Shown in pieces: positions 46,049-55,097 of a stretch of 64,000 bases of DNA. The first letter of the stretch is position 1. Each line of letters opens with the position of its first letter. The position numbers were made by a program, and so were the translations under genes. Below the pieces are notes generated by a model. The model had not been told where the DNA came from. It did not search any database and saw only the letters and a program-made list of their open reading frames with translations. Source of the DNA: Patescibacteria group bacterium (lineage in GTDB: Bacteria; Patescibacteriota; Minisyncoccia; Portnoybacterales; GWB1-42-6); contig JAKLIA010000002.1 of assembly GCA_022709865.1 (NCBI GenBank), forward strand, positions 82,183 to 146,182, in the 5' to 3' direction.

Positions 46049-47179
46049 TTATTTTAACCATTTAGCCTTATTCTGGTTATGCTCGCTTAAGGTTTTGCTA
46101 AAAACTGTTGGGCTGTCAACCGGATGCAAAAAATATAAATAATCGGTTATTTGTGGAGCAATGGCAGCTTTAATGGCAGCTAAACCAGGATTGCAGATCG
46201 GGCCAGGCGGTAAACCGCGATTTAAATAAGTGTTGTAAGCTGATTTAACTTTTAAATCGGAGTATAAAGGCTGGCGGTCCTTTTTTCCGGTGACGTAATT
46301 AATAGTGGCATCCGATTCCAGGGCCATGCCAATGCTTAGTCTCTTGGCAAAGACACCGGCAATCAGCGGCATTTCTTCTTCGTTATTTGCCTCCTGCTGA
46401 ACAATAGAGGCTAAAATAATTATTTCGTAGATCTTCTTTCCTTGCCTGGAAACCTGCTCCCGCAATTCCGGCGTTAATTTTTTATCAAAATTGTCTAAAA
46501 ACTTCTTGATGATTTCCGATTTAGCGTAATCGCGCTCAAAAATATAAGTGTCGGGAAATAAAAATCCTTCCAGGCTCGCTCCCTCTGCAGCGTCCGATAG
46601 AAACTTATATTGCACCTGATAATTATCGACTGTTTCCCCGCCCAACGCGCTAGCCGACTCCATTCCCTGCTCTACTAGGCGCGCTTTTATTTGGCCGTAG
46701 GTGAAACCTTCAGGAAAGGTCACTTTAATTTCATTGGAAATAACTTTACCGCCGGTAATAACTTCCACTATCTCTGGAATATTAAAACTTGGGCTTAAAG
46801 AATATTTTCCAGCCTGCAAAGCGCTGCCTTGGTTCTTATACCAAACATAAATCTCAAACCACCAAGCGCTGCGGATTAGATTATTCTTTTCCAGCTTCCC
46901 GGCAATCTCTTTCACGCCAAAGCCCTTCTCTACCACAAACTCAAAAGACTGCTGATTATTTTTATCACTAGGCTGGTAGACCTGCCAAGCAGCAAAACCC
47001 AAGCTTCCCGCCGCCAGAAAAACAACCAACGCCGCTAAACCTAATAAAAAAACCAGCCATTTTTTCTTTGACGAAACCGCTGGCTGGATAATTTGGTTAT
47101 TGATATTTGCTTCTTCCATTATTTTTATTAAATAATTTTTTACTACCTGAATTATAACTCGCAGTTTTATTTTTGCCAA
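46049..47179 (-). CDS. mltG: Endolytic murein transglycosylase MltG (YceG family)
   Basis: N-terminal TM anchor and YceG signature SAYNTYLNRGLPPGPICNPGLAAIKAAIAP. ATG (MEEAN...) at ~47119 may be the true start. Confidence 0.85.
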   Translation of the reverse strand: MAKIKLRVIIQVVKNYLIKIMEEANINNQIIQPAVSSKKKWLVFLLGLAALVVFLAAGSLGFAAWQVYQPSDKNNQQSFEFVVEKGFGVKEIAGKLEKNNLIRSAWWFEIYVWYKNQGSALQAGKYSLSPSFNIPEIVEVITGGKVISNEIKVTFPEGFTYGQIKARLVEQGMESASALGGETVDNYQVQYKFLSDAAEGASLEGFLFPDTYIFERDYAKSEIIKKFLDNFDKKLTPELREQVSRQGKKIYEIIILASIVQQEANNEEEMPLIAGVFAKRLSIGMALESDATINYVTGKKDRQPLYSDLKVKSAYNTYLNRGLPPGPICNPGLAAIKAAIAPQITDYLYFLHPVDSPTVFSKTLSEHNQNKAKWLK

Positions 47180-47282
47180 ACATAAAAAATATCAACATCC
47201 GACTCTCGAGGCCTACTTGACTTAAATATAAAAATATATTATACTGAGCTTAGTTCGTTCAATTCTATAGGAGGGAATCAAA

Positions 47283-47684
47283 ATGTACAGAAAAAGAGTT
47301 GGCCATTGTTCAATTGAGTTCTTCTTCACAGATATTGATGTTTTAGAGGCAAACAGAAATAATAGTTTACAAAAAAAGAAAGAATTGCCTTTACCACCAT
47401 CAATGAAAAATTGCAAAAATGACGAAATGCTGACAACTTGGAACTACTGGTTTGACCTCGCCACAATAATCAGAAAAAGGATAAGGGGAAAGATAAAAAA
47501 GAATCTTCCTAACGGCGGAAAGGCTATAATGACCTTTGGTCATAAAGACGGCACTATAACTTTTACAATCCAGCCCTGGGCAGCAAAACTCTTCGATCTT
47601 TCTGAAATATCTGTTTTCCCTTCTCCGCCATATGATCCTTTGATGGCATATACTGAAATAATTATAAAGACTAATAAATTATAA
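47283..47684 (+). CDS. Hypothetical soluble protein (133 aa), stand-alone and strongly signalled
   Basis: Promoter cTTGACTtaaatataaaaatatatTATACT, SD AGGAGGG, terminator aacggctcag-...-ctgagccgttttt at 47704..47741. No recognisable domain. Confidence 0.55.
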   Translation: MYRKRVGHCSIEFFFTDIDVLEANRNNSLQKKKELPLPPSMKNCKNDEMLTTWNYWFDLATIIRKRIRGKIKKNLPNGGKAIMTFGHKDGTITFTIQPWAAKLFDLSEISVFPSPPYDPLMAYTEIIIKTNKL

Positions 47685-47703
47685 TTATAAAAAAACCGCC
47701 ATC

Positions 47704-47741
47704 AACGGCTCAGTTAAAAAATACTGAGCCGTTTTTATTTT
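47704..47741 (+). terminator. Terminator of the 47283..47684 gene
   Basis: aacggctcag / ctgagccgtt 10-bp stem + TTTTTATTTT. Confidence 0.65.
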
Positions 47742-47791
47742 GACTTATTGGTGTTTTTTAAGGATAATTAAGGCAGTCCCATCTCCTATTC

Positions 47792-48382
47792 ATGCCTTTA
47801 GACCAAGCCATAGAATGGCTTAATCAATACAGATATTTCGCCCTCTTCCCTTTAGCGGTTATTGAAGGGCCGATCATTACCGTCGTTGCCGGTTTTTTTG
47901 CGTCGCTAGGCTATTTAAGCCTGCCTATTGCCTACGCCATAATTGTAGCTGGAGATTTGGCTGGCGATGTTGTTTATTATTTTATCGGCCGGTTCGGCGG
48001 CCGGACTTTTATTGATAAATGGGGAAAATATCTGGGGGCCGGCAAAGAGCAAGTTGAACTGCTAGAAAAAAAGTTCAATAAACACGGCAACAAACTCCTT
48101 TTTATCGGCAAGCTATCCCACGGCATCGGCGGCGCCTTTTTGTTGGCGGCCGGTGTTATAAAAATGCCTCTTTACCAATTTTTAATGTCTAACCTGCTAG
48201 CCACCTTCATAAAATCCCTAGCCCTGCTGTTGATCGGTTTTTATTTTGGCTACGCCATAGATTCTATTAATTCTTATATGGAAAGAGTCTCTTTGATCAC
48301 TCTTGGCATCGGCGTGGCAACAGCTCTTATCTACTTCTTTTATTTTAGAAAAAAGCCTGATAATTTACCAAACCATGATTGA
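47792..48382 (+). CDS. DedA/SNARE-associated family membrane protein
   Basis: VIEGPIITVVAGFFASLGYLSLPIAYAIIVAGDLAGDVVYYFIGRFGGR. Confidence 0.85.
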   Translation: MPLDQAIEWLNQYRYFALFPLAVIEGPIITVVAGFFASLGYLSLPIAYAIIVAGDLAGDVVYYFIGRFGGRTFIDKWGKYLGAGKEQVELLEKKFNKHGNKLLFIGKLSHGIGGAFLLAAGVIKMPLYQFLMSNLLATFIKSLALLLIGFYFGYAIDSINSYMERVSLITLGIGVATALIYFFYFRKKPDNLPNHD

Positions 48383-49214
48383 AAGCTTTTTAGAAAAAAA
48401 ATCCCTAGATAGCAGCGCCGGCGGGCAGGTTTCTTATTTTCTGGGGCCAAAGTTTCCTGGGCGCCCCACCATAGTTTTTTTGCACGGCTTGGCTGCCAAC
48501 CATACCACCTGGGGCAATATAATTTTGACGCTAATCGATCTAAAAATAAACTGCCTGGCCTGGGACCAGCGAGGCCACGGATATTCAGACAAAACGATAA
48601 AGCACAGGCTTTATAAAATAGCGGTTTTCACCCAAGACCTAAAAGAGATCTTGGAAAAAGAAAATATCCAGGACTTTATTTTGGCTGGTTATTCCTACGG
48701 CGGTTTTATCGCGCAAGACTTTGCTATCAAGTATCCAGGCAAAGCCTCTTCTTTGATCCTAATAAGCACCAATCATGTTAACCCTTTTAAATACAAGTTT
48801 TTTAATTTTATAACCTGGCCTTGCTATATAGCTTTAACTCTGGCCGCTTATTTTCTTTTTTGGCAAAAAAGAAAAAAATATTACTATTTTAACCAAAATA
48901 CGGATATCGGCTATTGGCGGTCATCGCTTCGGGGCTTTCTCACTATGCCCCTCAGTATTAATTTCTGGATGCTGGCGGAAATTGCCCATATTGATTTTAG
49001 CCAAAAGATCAATGAAATTGCTTGCCCCGTATTTTTAGTCCGAAGCCTGAATGATGCTTTTGTTTCCCTGAAAGAAACGGAGGAGATGGCAAAAAATATT
49101 CCGCTGGCAAAAATAAAAACTATCAATGAGCCAACCCATTTTCTGGCGGCCCGCCATCAGCAAAAAACCTTAGAGGTCTTATTAGAAGCTCTAAAAGAAT
49201 TAGGCTCCTTATGA
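48375..49214 (+). CDS. Alpha/beta hydrolase (Ser nucleophile)
   Basis: IVFLHGLAANHTTWG (oxyanion), GYSYGG nucleophile elbow, C-terminal His. Start taken at ATG 48375, 8 nt inside dedA. Confidence 0.8.
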   Translation: MIESFLEKKSLDSSAGGQVSYFLGPKFPGRPTIVFLHGLAANHTTWGNIILTLIDLKINCLAWDQRGHGYSDKTIKHRLYKIAVFTQDLKEILEKENIQDFILAGYSYGGFIAQDFAIKYPGKASSLILISTNHVNPFKYKFFNFITWPCYIALTLAAYFLFWQKRKKYYYFNQNTDIGYWRSSLRGFLTMPLSINFWMLAEIAHIDFSQKINEIACPVFLVRSLNDAFVSLKETEEMAKNIPLAKIKTINEPTHFLAARHQQKTLEVLLEALKELGSL

Positions 49215-50377
49215 AAATCGCAATTTTCAGCGACACTTTCAATATTAACGGAGTGACTTCCATTGTCTACGAATCCGCCAAAAGGCTGGCGGAACTTGGG
49301 CATGAAGTCCGCCTTTTTGTTATTGGGAAAAAACTTAAAGAAACTCCGGAAATGGAAAATATAAATAATTTAACCCTGATCTCTCTTCCCTCTCTGCCGG
49401 CTGGCTGGGTTTATCCGAACGAACGCCTTTATTTGCCGCTGGGCTTTTCCTTAAGGCGATTAAAAGATTTTACACCCGATATAATCCACACCCATATGCC
49501 GTTCACCGTTGGCTGGGAAGCGGTTTTTTTGGCCAAGATCTTTAAGATACCGCTGGTCGGCACGCACCACACCTTTTATGACCACTACCTAAAGCATGTC
49601 AAAATAGATTACGATTGGGGCAAAAAACTTTCTTGGAAATATACCGTCGGCTACTATAACCGCTGCGACCTAGTTTTAAGCCCCTCCGAATCATTAGCCC
49701 AAGCGATGGCAGAAAAAGGACTGACAAAACCGATGGCGGTGCTAGAGAACTTCATCGATACCGCCGCTTTTATTCCCGCCTCAAGCCAAGAACAAAAAGA
49801 AAAACTAAAGAAAAAGTTTGGCCTCTCAGGCCCCTCCGTTGTTTATATGGGCCGTTTAAGCTACGAAAAAAGCATCGACCAAATTATCAAAGCTTTTGCC
49901 ATATTACTTAAAACTACTCCCCAGGCCCAATTAATGATCATTGGCGACGGCCCGGAAAAAAAGAACTTGGTCTCGCTGGCCAAGAAACTGAAAATATCAA
50001 AAAACATTATTTTTACCGGTTTTCTGCAGGGGCGAGAATTAATCGAAGCCTTGCAAGCTAATGATATTTTTACCACCGCCAGTCTCAGCGAAAGCTTTTC
50101 TTTGACCATAGTTGAAGCTATGGCCTGCGGCCTGCCAATAGTGGCTGTGAGAGAAAAAGGGCCGGCCGAGATAGTAAAAGACAACGCTAACGGATTTTTT
50201 GTCCAGCCAAACAATCCCCAAGAAATGGCAAAAAAAATAACCGAACTTTTAGGTTCGCCGGAAAAATTGGAGCAATTCAGTCTGGCCTCCAGAACGCTGG
50301 CCCTTAATTATTCAAAAGAAAACATTATTGCCCGGCTTGAAAATCTTTATCTAAGCTTGCTTAATAAAAAAATATGA
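49211..50377 (+). CDS. Glycosyltransferase family 4
   Basis: GRLSYEKSIDQIIKAF...ASLSESFSLTIVEAMACGLPIVAV GT4 C-domain. Confidence 0.85.
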   Translation: MKIAIFSDTFNINGVTSIVYESAKRLAELGHEVRLFVIGKKLKETPEMENINNLTLISLPSLPAGWVYPNERLYLPLGFSLRRLKDFTPDIIHTHMPFTVGWEAVFLAKIFKIPLVGTHHTFYDHYLKHVKIDYDWGKKLSWKYTVGYYNRCDLVLSPSESLAQAMAEKGLTKPMAVLENFIDTAAFIPASSQEQKEKLKKKFGLSGPSVVYMGRLSYEKSIDQIIKAFAILLKTTPQAQLMIIGDGPEKKNLVSLAKKLKISKNIIFTGFLQGRELIEALQANDIFTTASLSESFSLTIVEAMACGLPIVAVREKGPAEIVKDNANGFFVQPNNPQEMAKKITELLGSPEKLEQFSLASRTLALNYSKENIIARLENLYLSLLNKKI

Positions 50378-51384
50378 AAATATGTTTATACTTGGAGTAT
50401 CTGCATTTTTTTAACGGCTTTTTATATAAAAATATCGGCACAGGTCTTTTGTCATCCTATGATAACCAAAAACGAAGCCTGCGCGCGCTAAATATAGATT
50501 TTACGGAAAAGTGGGCTGATGATTGCGATATTTTGCAGATCAATACCCCATGGCTAAAATCTCTCTGGCTCATTAAAAAAGCTCGGCGGCAGGGCAAAAA
50601 AGTTATTATCTGGGCTCATGTGGCGGCCGAAGAGATCCCGGAAGTTTTCCGTTTTGGCAAGCTTCTCTTCCCTATTGCCAAAAGATACCTCGCCTATGCT
50701 TACGGCCAAGCCGACTTGGTTTTTTGCCCCAGCGAATACACCAAGCGCTTGATGCTGGGATATGGTTTGCCGGAAAAAATATTATTTGTGCAATCAAACG
50801 GCGTTGATAGCTCTGTTTTCTACCCAAGCGCAGAAAAACGGGCCATAGCCCGGCAACAGCAAAATTGCCAAAAATTAGTGGTGGGCACGGTGGGGCTCGT
50901 TATCCCCCGCAAGGGCGTAGATAAGTTTTTGGCATTAGCCCAAAAGCACCCTAACCAACAATTTTTATGGTTTGGCAAGATTTACAGCAAACTAATAGTG
51001 AAAGGCCTGCCTAAAGTTCTCCCAAATAACGTAAAGTTTACTGGTTTTGTTGAGGACATCAACGCCGCCTTTAATGCTATCGATATTTTTGTTTTCCTTT
51101 CTTCCGGCGAGAACCAGGGCATGGTGCTGCTGGAAGCCGCCGCTTGCGGCCTGCCAATGGTGGTGCGTGCCTTGCCGGCTTATGAAGGCTGGCTTGTCCA
51201 TAACGAAAACTGCTTAATCGCCAAAGACGAAAAAGAAACCAATGAATATCTTGACCTGCTAATAAAAGACGAAGAGTTGAGGAAAAAATTAAGCCATGGC
51301 GCGCTGGAGCTGGCCAAGACAGAAGACATCAAAGAACAAAATAAAAAGCTGCAAAAAGTTTATCTAGATCTATTGGCCAAATAA
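50374..51384 (+). CDS. Glycosyltransferase family 4
   Basis: SSGENQGMVLLEAAACGLPMVVRALPAYEGWL. Translationally coupled to the upstream GT4 (ATGA overlap). Confidence 0.8.
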   Translation: MKICLYLEYLHFFNGFLYKNIGTGLLSSYDNQKRSLRALNIDFTEKWADDCDILQINTPWLKSLWLIKKARRQGKKVIIWAHVAAEEIPEVFRFGKLLFPIAKRYLAYAYGQADLVFCPSEYTKRLMLGYGLPEKILFVQSNGVDSSVFYPSAEKRAIARQQQNCQKLVVGTVGLVIPRKGVDKFLALAQKHPNQQFLWFGKIYSKLIVKGLPKVLPNNVKFTGFVEDINAAFNAIDIFVFLSSGENQGMVLLEAAACGLPMVVRALPAYEGWLVHNENCLIAKDEKETNEYLDLLIKDEELRKKLSHGALELAKTEDIKEQNKKLQKVYLDLLAK

Positions 51385-51395
51385 AAATCAATTTA

Positions 51396-51436
51396 AAAAG
51401 CCCTGACAAAAAATATCAGGGCTTTTTATTTTTTTA
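51396..51436. terminator. Bidirectional terminator
   Basis: aaaagccctga-caaaaaatat-cagggcttttt. Confidence 0.65.
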
Positions 51437-51438
51437 AA

Positions 51439-52083
51439 CTAGATCAGCTTGGACTTCTCAGCAAAAGCCCAATCTTTAGCAAAAAACAGCTTAGCCATAT
51501 CAGCCACACCGTAAGTTATAAAATAAGCCGCAAAAACATCAATCGAATAATGGAAATGGCCCAACAGAACCACTACTCCAAAAATAACAGAGATAGAAAT
51601 AAAAATATATCTGACAATTCTATCCCGCCAAAATATTAAGGCAATTAAAAATGGCATACCAACGTGTCCGGAGAAAAAAAGGTCTCCGCCAAAAGTAACC
51701 CAACGAATAAGATTATCCGCTGGGAGCGGAATGCCCTCCGGAATTAGCCCCAAATGAGTGACAGCCATAAACAACGAGCGGACCAGCACAAAAAGAGCTA
51801 CGGCCTTAGCCACGAAAGGAAAAAACTCCGGTTGGCGGACAATTAAAGCTATTATTAAAACCAGCAAGACAATAGCGCCATAAACAAAAAATCCGTCTAT
51901 ATCAAAGACGGGCAGGATATTAAGAAAAAAATCAGTCACGGCGTTGCTAGCCAAACGAGTAGCGTAAAGCCCGGCAAAATAATTGATAAAAAAGCTCGCG
52001 CCTAGAAAAATAATTCCCCAGACCGACGAGACAATATATCTTTTATCAGAAAAAAGTATTTTTATTTTTTCTTTAAACTTCAT
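51439..52083 (-). CDS. PAP2-superfamily-like membrane protein
   Basis: Six TM helices with FSGHVGMPF (PSGH-like) and HFHYSIDVF (HxxxD) motifs. Confidence 0.55.
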   Translation of the reverse strand: MKFKEKIKILFSDKRYIVSSVWGIIFLGASFFINYFAGLYATRLASNAVTDFFLNILPVFDIDGFFVYGAIVLLVLIIALIVRQPEFFPFVAKAVALFVLVRSLFMAVTHLGLIPEGIPLPADNLIRWVTFGGDLFFSGHVGMPFLIALIFWRDRIVRYIFISISVIFGVVVLLGHFHYSIDVFAAYFITYGVADMAKLFFAKDWAFAEKSKLI

Positions 52084-52094
52084 CTAGCTAAAAA

Positions 52095-52502
52095 TTACAG
52101 TACAATTTGCGTGCAATGGGAGCAGCGCCGGGCTTCGATCGGTATTTCGCTTAAGCACTCCGGGCATTTTTTGGTGGTTGGGTCGGCTGGCGGCTCTTTG
52201 CGTGCCCGCGACACCAATAAATTAATCGGCTTAACCACAAAAAAGAAAATAGCAGAGGCCACCAGAGCAAACGAGATCAAAGCATTGATAAAATCGCCGT
52301 ATAAAAATTGGCTGCCGTTAATTGTAAAATACAAGCCGGAAAAATCTGGCGCTTTAATGATAGCTGCGATCAAAGGCGTTATCAGGTCTTTGACCAAGGC
52401 TGATACCACCGCGCCAAAAGCCGCACCCACCACCACGCCAACCGCCAAGTCTACCACGTTGCCCCGCAATAAAAATTGTTTGAACTCTTTTAAAACAGTC
52501 AT
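52095..52502 (-). CDS. mscL: Large-conductance mechanosensitive channel MscL with C-terminal zinc-ribbon in place of the cytoplasmic helix
   Basis: MTVLKEFKQFLLRGNVVDLAVGVVVGAAFGAVVSALVKDLITPLI is canonical MscL TM1. C-terminus KKCPECLSEIPIEARRCSHCTQIVL has CxxC-x12-CxxC. Confidence 0.85.
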   Translation of the reverse strand: MTVLKEFKQFLLRGNVVDLAVGVVVGAAFGAVVSALVKDLITPLIAAIIKAPDFSGLYFTINGSQFLYGDFINALISFALVASAIFFFVVKPINLLVSRARKEPPADPTTKKCPECLSEIPIEARRCSHCTQIVL

Positions 52503-52520
52503 ATTTTTTGGCTTAAAAAA

Positions 52521-52922
52521 TTATTCGGTTGTTATTCCGTCAAACTCTGGCCCATTTGCTTCGGCTTCCGCCTTGGTAGCGCGCAAAACTTTATCCTGGT
52601 GATGCGGCGGAGCATAGACAGTATAGAGCTTCAGCGCATCGGCGCTGGAAGCATTAATAACATTATGTTTAGCGCCCGCCGGCACGATTACGCTGTCCCC
52701 ATCGCCCACCATATATTCGGTTTCGTCTATTATCACTTTGCCCTGGCCTTTTTCAAAACGGAAAAATTGGTCGCCATCTTCGTGCACCTCCATGCCAATT
52801 TCTTCGCTAGGCTTAAGCGACATTAAAACCAATTGGCAATATTTGGCGGTATAAAGCACTTGCCGAAAATTATTATTGGCGAGCGTTAACTGCTCAATAT
52901 TGCCTTTATATCCTTTTTTCAT
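52521..52922 (-). CDS. Cupin-domain protein
   Basis: MEVHEDGDQFFRFEKGQGKVIIDETEYMVGDGDSVIVPAGAKHNVINAS, a two-His cupin motif. Confidence 0.75.
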   Translation of the reverse strand: MKKGYKGNIEQLTLANNNFRQVLYTAKYCQLVLMSLKPSEEIGMEVHEDGDQFFRFEKGQGKVIIDETEYMVGDGDSVIVPAGAKHNVINASSADALKLYTVYAPPHHQDKVLRATKAEAEANGPEFDGITTE

Positions 52923-53057
52923 ATTTTTATTTTATTAAAAATTATCCAGCCCCTTTCATGGCTTTATTTAATTATAGACCCTCACCGCAAATAAGCAATC
53001 ATAAAAAAAGCCAAGGCATTTAGCGCGCCTTGGCTTTATTGCTACTTAATTGGCTGA

Positions 53058-54083
53058 TTATTCGCAACAGCCTAGTTTTTTTAGGTCCTCCCTTAAAAAA
53101 TCTAACGGTTCTTGGCTGCAAAAAACAGAAGTATGGCCGCAATCCTTAAAAAATCTTTTAGCCACCGGCACAGAGACATGGTCCGCCAAATTATAAACCT
53201 GTTGGAATGGCGTTATTTCGTCATTGCCGCCGGCATATAAAAATATCGGACAATCTATTTTTCGCAAATTGACTGCCCGCCCGCCAATTTCCATCGCCCC
53301 GGAAATAAGCTGGTTCTCCATAAAAAGGCGCTGCACCGCCTCCAGATACCAAGCGCCAGGCAAGTTTTGCGGCGACCAAAACCACCGCCGATTATTTTTC
53401 CATTCTACTATTCCCTTTTCGTCATTAGCTAAAACTTTTTTGTGCAATTTTGACGGCTCATCAAAGAATACCCGCGCCGGGTCCATCAAGGTGAAATACC
53501 ACCACTGCGCCCAACCCGGCTGAATGCCGCGATTGGAATTGACCACTATCCTAAATAGCCCGATGTGAAAAGCCTCGCAGGCTTTTTTTATTTTTCCGTC
53601 ACCGGCCTTAAAATCGATTGGCCCGGCAAAGTTAAAATAGGCCTTAACTGCCCCGGGATTCAAAGCCGCCACAATTGCCGCCAGCCACGCCCCTTGGCAA
53701 AGGCCGATCAAATACGGCTGACCGCAAAACTCTACGCATTTTTCCACCGACCGAACGAGCCTGTCCAGATCGCAATCTTTATTCGTTTCGTTGGCCGGCA
53801 AAAGCTCAAAAACATAAACGCTATTTTTAAATCCTTGGCAAACTCTAATAAGATTGGCGGCCACGTTCCCGTGGCGGCCGGCATGCGGCGGAATGACCAA
53901 AATCGCCGGAGAGATCCCTCTCTTGAATCTCCGTAATTTAAAATAATTGTCGCCCGCTACCACTTCATTAGGATATTCATCCCAGCTGGGCGGCTTAAAC
54001 GGCAATAAAAATGTTTGCCAAAAGATAAAACGCCGGCGCATGGGACCAAAAGGATCCAAGCAGAAAGAAAAATATCTTATCAT
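53058..54083 (-). CDS. Alpha/beta hydrolase with Cys lipase box (G-L-C-Q-G): PHA synthase class III (PhaC)-like / intracellular PHB depolymerase-like
   Basis: PAILVIPPHAGRHGN..., YLIGLCQGAWLAAIVAALNP (GxCxG), KIDCPIFLYAGGNDEITPFQQVYNL (PhaC-like Asp region), DCGHTSVF (His). Confidence 0.6.
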   Translation of the reverse strand: MIRYFSFCLDPFGPMRRRFIFWQTFLLPFKPPSWDEYPNEVVAGDNYFKLRRFKRGISPAILVIPPHAGRHGNVAANLIRVCQGFKNSVYVFELLPANETNKDCDLDRLVRSVEKCVEFCGQPYLIGLCQGAWLAAIVAALNPGAVKAYFNFAGPIDFKAGDGKIKKACEAFHIGLFRIVVNSNRGIQPGWAQWWYFTLMDPARVFFDEPSKLHKKVLANDEKGIVEWKNNRRWFWSPQNLPGAWYLEAVQRLFMENQLISGAMEIGGRAVNLRKIDCPIFLYAGGNDEITPFQQVYNLADHVSVPVAKRFFKDCGHTSVFCSQEPLDFLREDLKKLGCCE

Positions 54084-54166
54084 ACCGCACCCCCTTATTA
54101 ATTTTTTAAGGTTCTTTTTTCTTAATTATACTCCCTTACAAAAATTAAAAGAAGGCGCTTCTTTCC

Positions 54167-54355
54167 CTATAGGTCAAAAAGTTCGCCAACCGTTGTTTTC
54201 AGCGCTTTGGCAACGTTGTTGGCTAAAGCTAAAGAGGGATTATATTTTCCTTGCTCCAAGAACACAATAGTTTCGCGGCGCACCCCGGCCAAACGAGCCA
54301 ACTCTTCTTGGGTAATTCCTAATTTTGCCCTTAATTCTTTTATTTGATTCTTCAT
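54167..54355 (-). CDS. XRE-family HTH transcriptional regulator (62 aa)
   Basis: [45 protein letters not shown], Cro/CI-type HTH. Confidence 0.85.
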   Translation of the reverse strand: MKNQIKELRAKLGITQEELARLAGVRRETIVFLEQGKYNPSLALANNVAKALKTTVGELFDL

Positions 54356-54364
54356 ATAAATAAC

Positions 54365-54919
54365 TTATCTGGAGCATTCAATAGTGGGCATTGGAGCTTC
54401 CGGCTGGCCGTGTTTGACCCACTCGCCTTCTTGGCACATCCAATTATCTTCCCCGCTAAATAATCTCAAACCGGCCAAAGCCAGCACCAAAAGCAACAAA
54501 ACACCAATAACGACATAAATAAACTTTTTCTCTAGAAAGCGGATCTTATCGTAGTAGCGAAAAAGCAAGGTATAAATTATCATCAGCAAACAAGTTGAAT
54601 AAGCCAGCGCCGCCACTATGGCCATGGTTTCAGGCGAAGGATTTAAGCTAGAATATGCCAAAAGTAAAAACATTATACTGACCGCCAACCAAGCATATAT
54701 TTGAATGGCCAAAACCGCTGAGCGACCACCAATTTCATAATCCCGCTCATCGGCAATGATTTCTTTTACCTTACCCCGAAAATAGAACATCAAAGATATA
54801 GCAACAGCCATCGCCACAACCGGAACGATAAAATTACTATAAGAGACCGAGCCGCCAACCAGCGCTGCCAGAGCCATGACTATCGTTATTTTTATTATTT
54901 TAAATTGTTTTAGGGTCAT
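54365..54919 (-). CDS. Four-TM membrane protein (DUF2178-like) paired with the XRE regulator
   Basis: Four predicted TM helices, C-terminal periplasmic Cys-containing tail. 9-nt gap to the downstream XRE gene. Confidence 0.55.
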   Translation of the reverse strand: MTLKQFKIIKITIVMALAALVGGSVSYSNFIVPVVAMAVAISLMFYFRGKVKEIIADERDYEIGGRSAVLAIQIYAWLAVSIMFLLLAYSSLNPSPETMAIVAALAYSTCLLMIIYTLLFRYYDKIRFLEKKFIYVVIGVLLLLVLALAGLRLFSGEDNWMCQEGEWVKHGQPEAPMPTIECSR

Positions 54920-54967
54920 AATTTTATTATTAATAGTTAGAATTATTTAACATATATATTGATGTTA

Positions 54968-55097
54968 TATCTTTCTAACATAGCTGTCAACCCCGTTAAA
55001 GGTTTTTTATCCACAGCTTTAAAATTAGCAATCTTAGCCGCTAGGCGTCATCGCCCGCCTTCTCGGTTAGAAAAAACCTCGGCTGAACCTTTAATGG
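54968..55097 (+). ncRNA. Copy 2 of the two-copy structured intergenic element
   Basis: Terminal helix CCCCGUUAAAGG / CCUUUAAUGGGG (G·U retained, compensatory AA/UU vs copy 1). Core AGCCGCUAGGCGUCAUCGCCCGCC. Flanked by TTATCCACA at 54995 and 55103. Confidence 0.45.

Noticed and set aside
43845-55097. Interpreting the two repeat copies as boundaries of a mobile genomic island
   Set aside because: The enclosed block contains core genes (rplJ, rplL, mltG) and no recombinase. An RNA-element explanation fits the covariation better. Island status would need comparative genomics.
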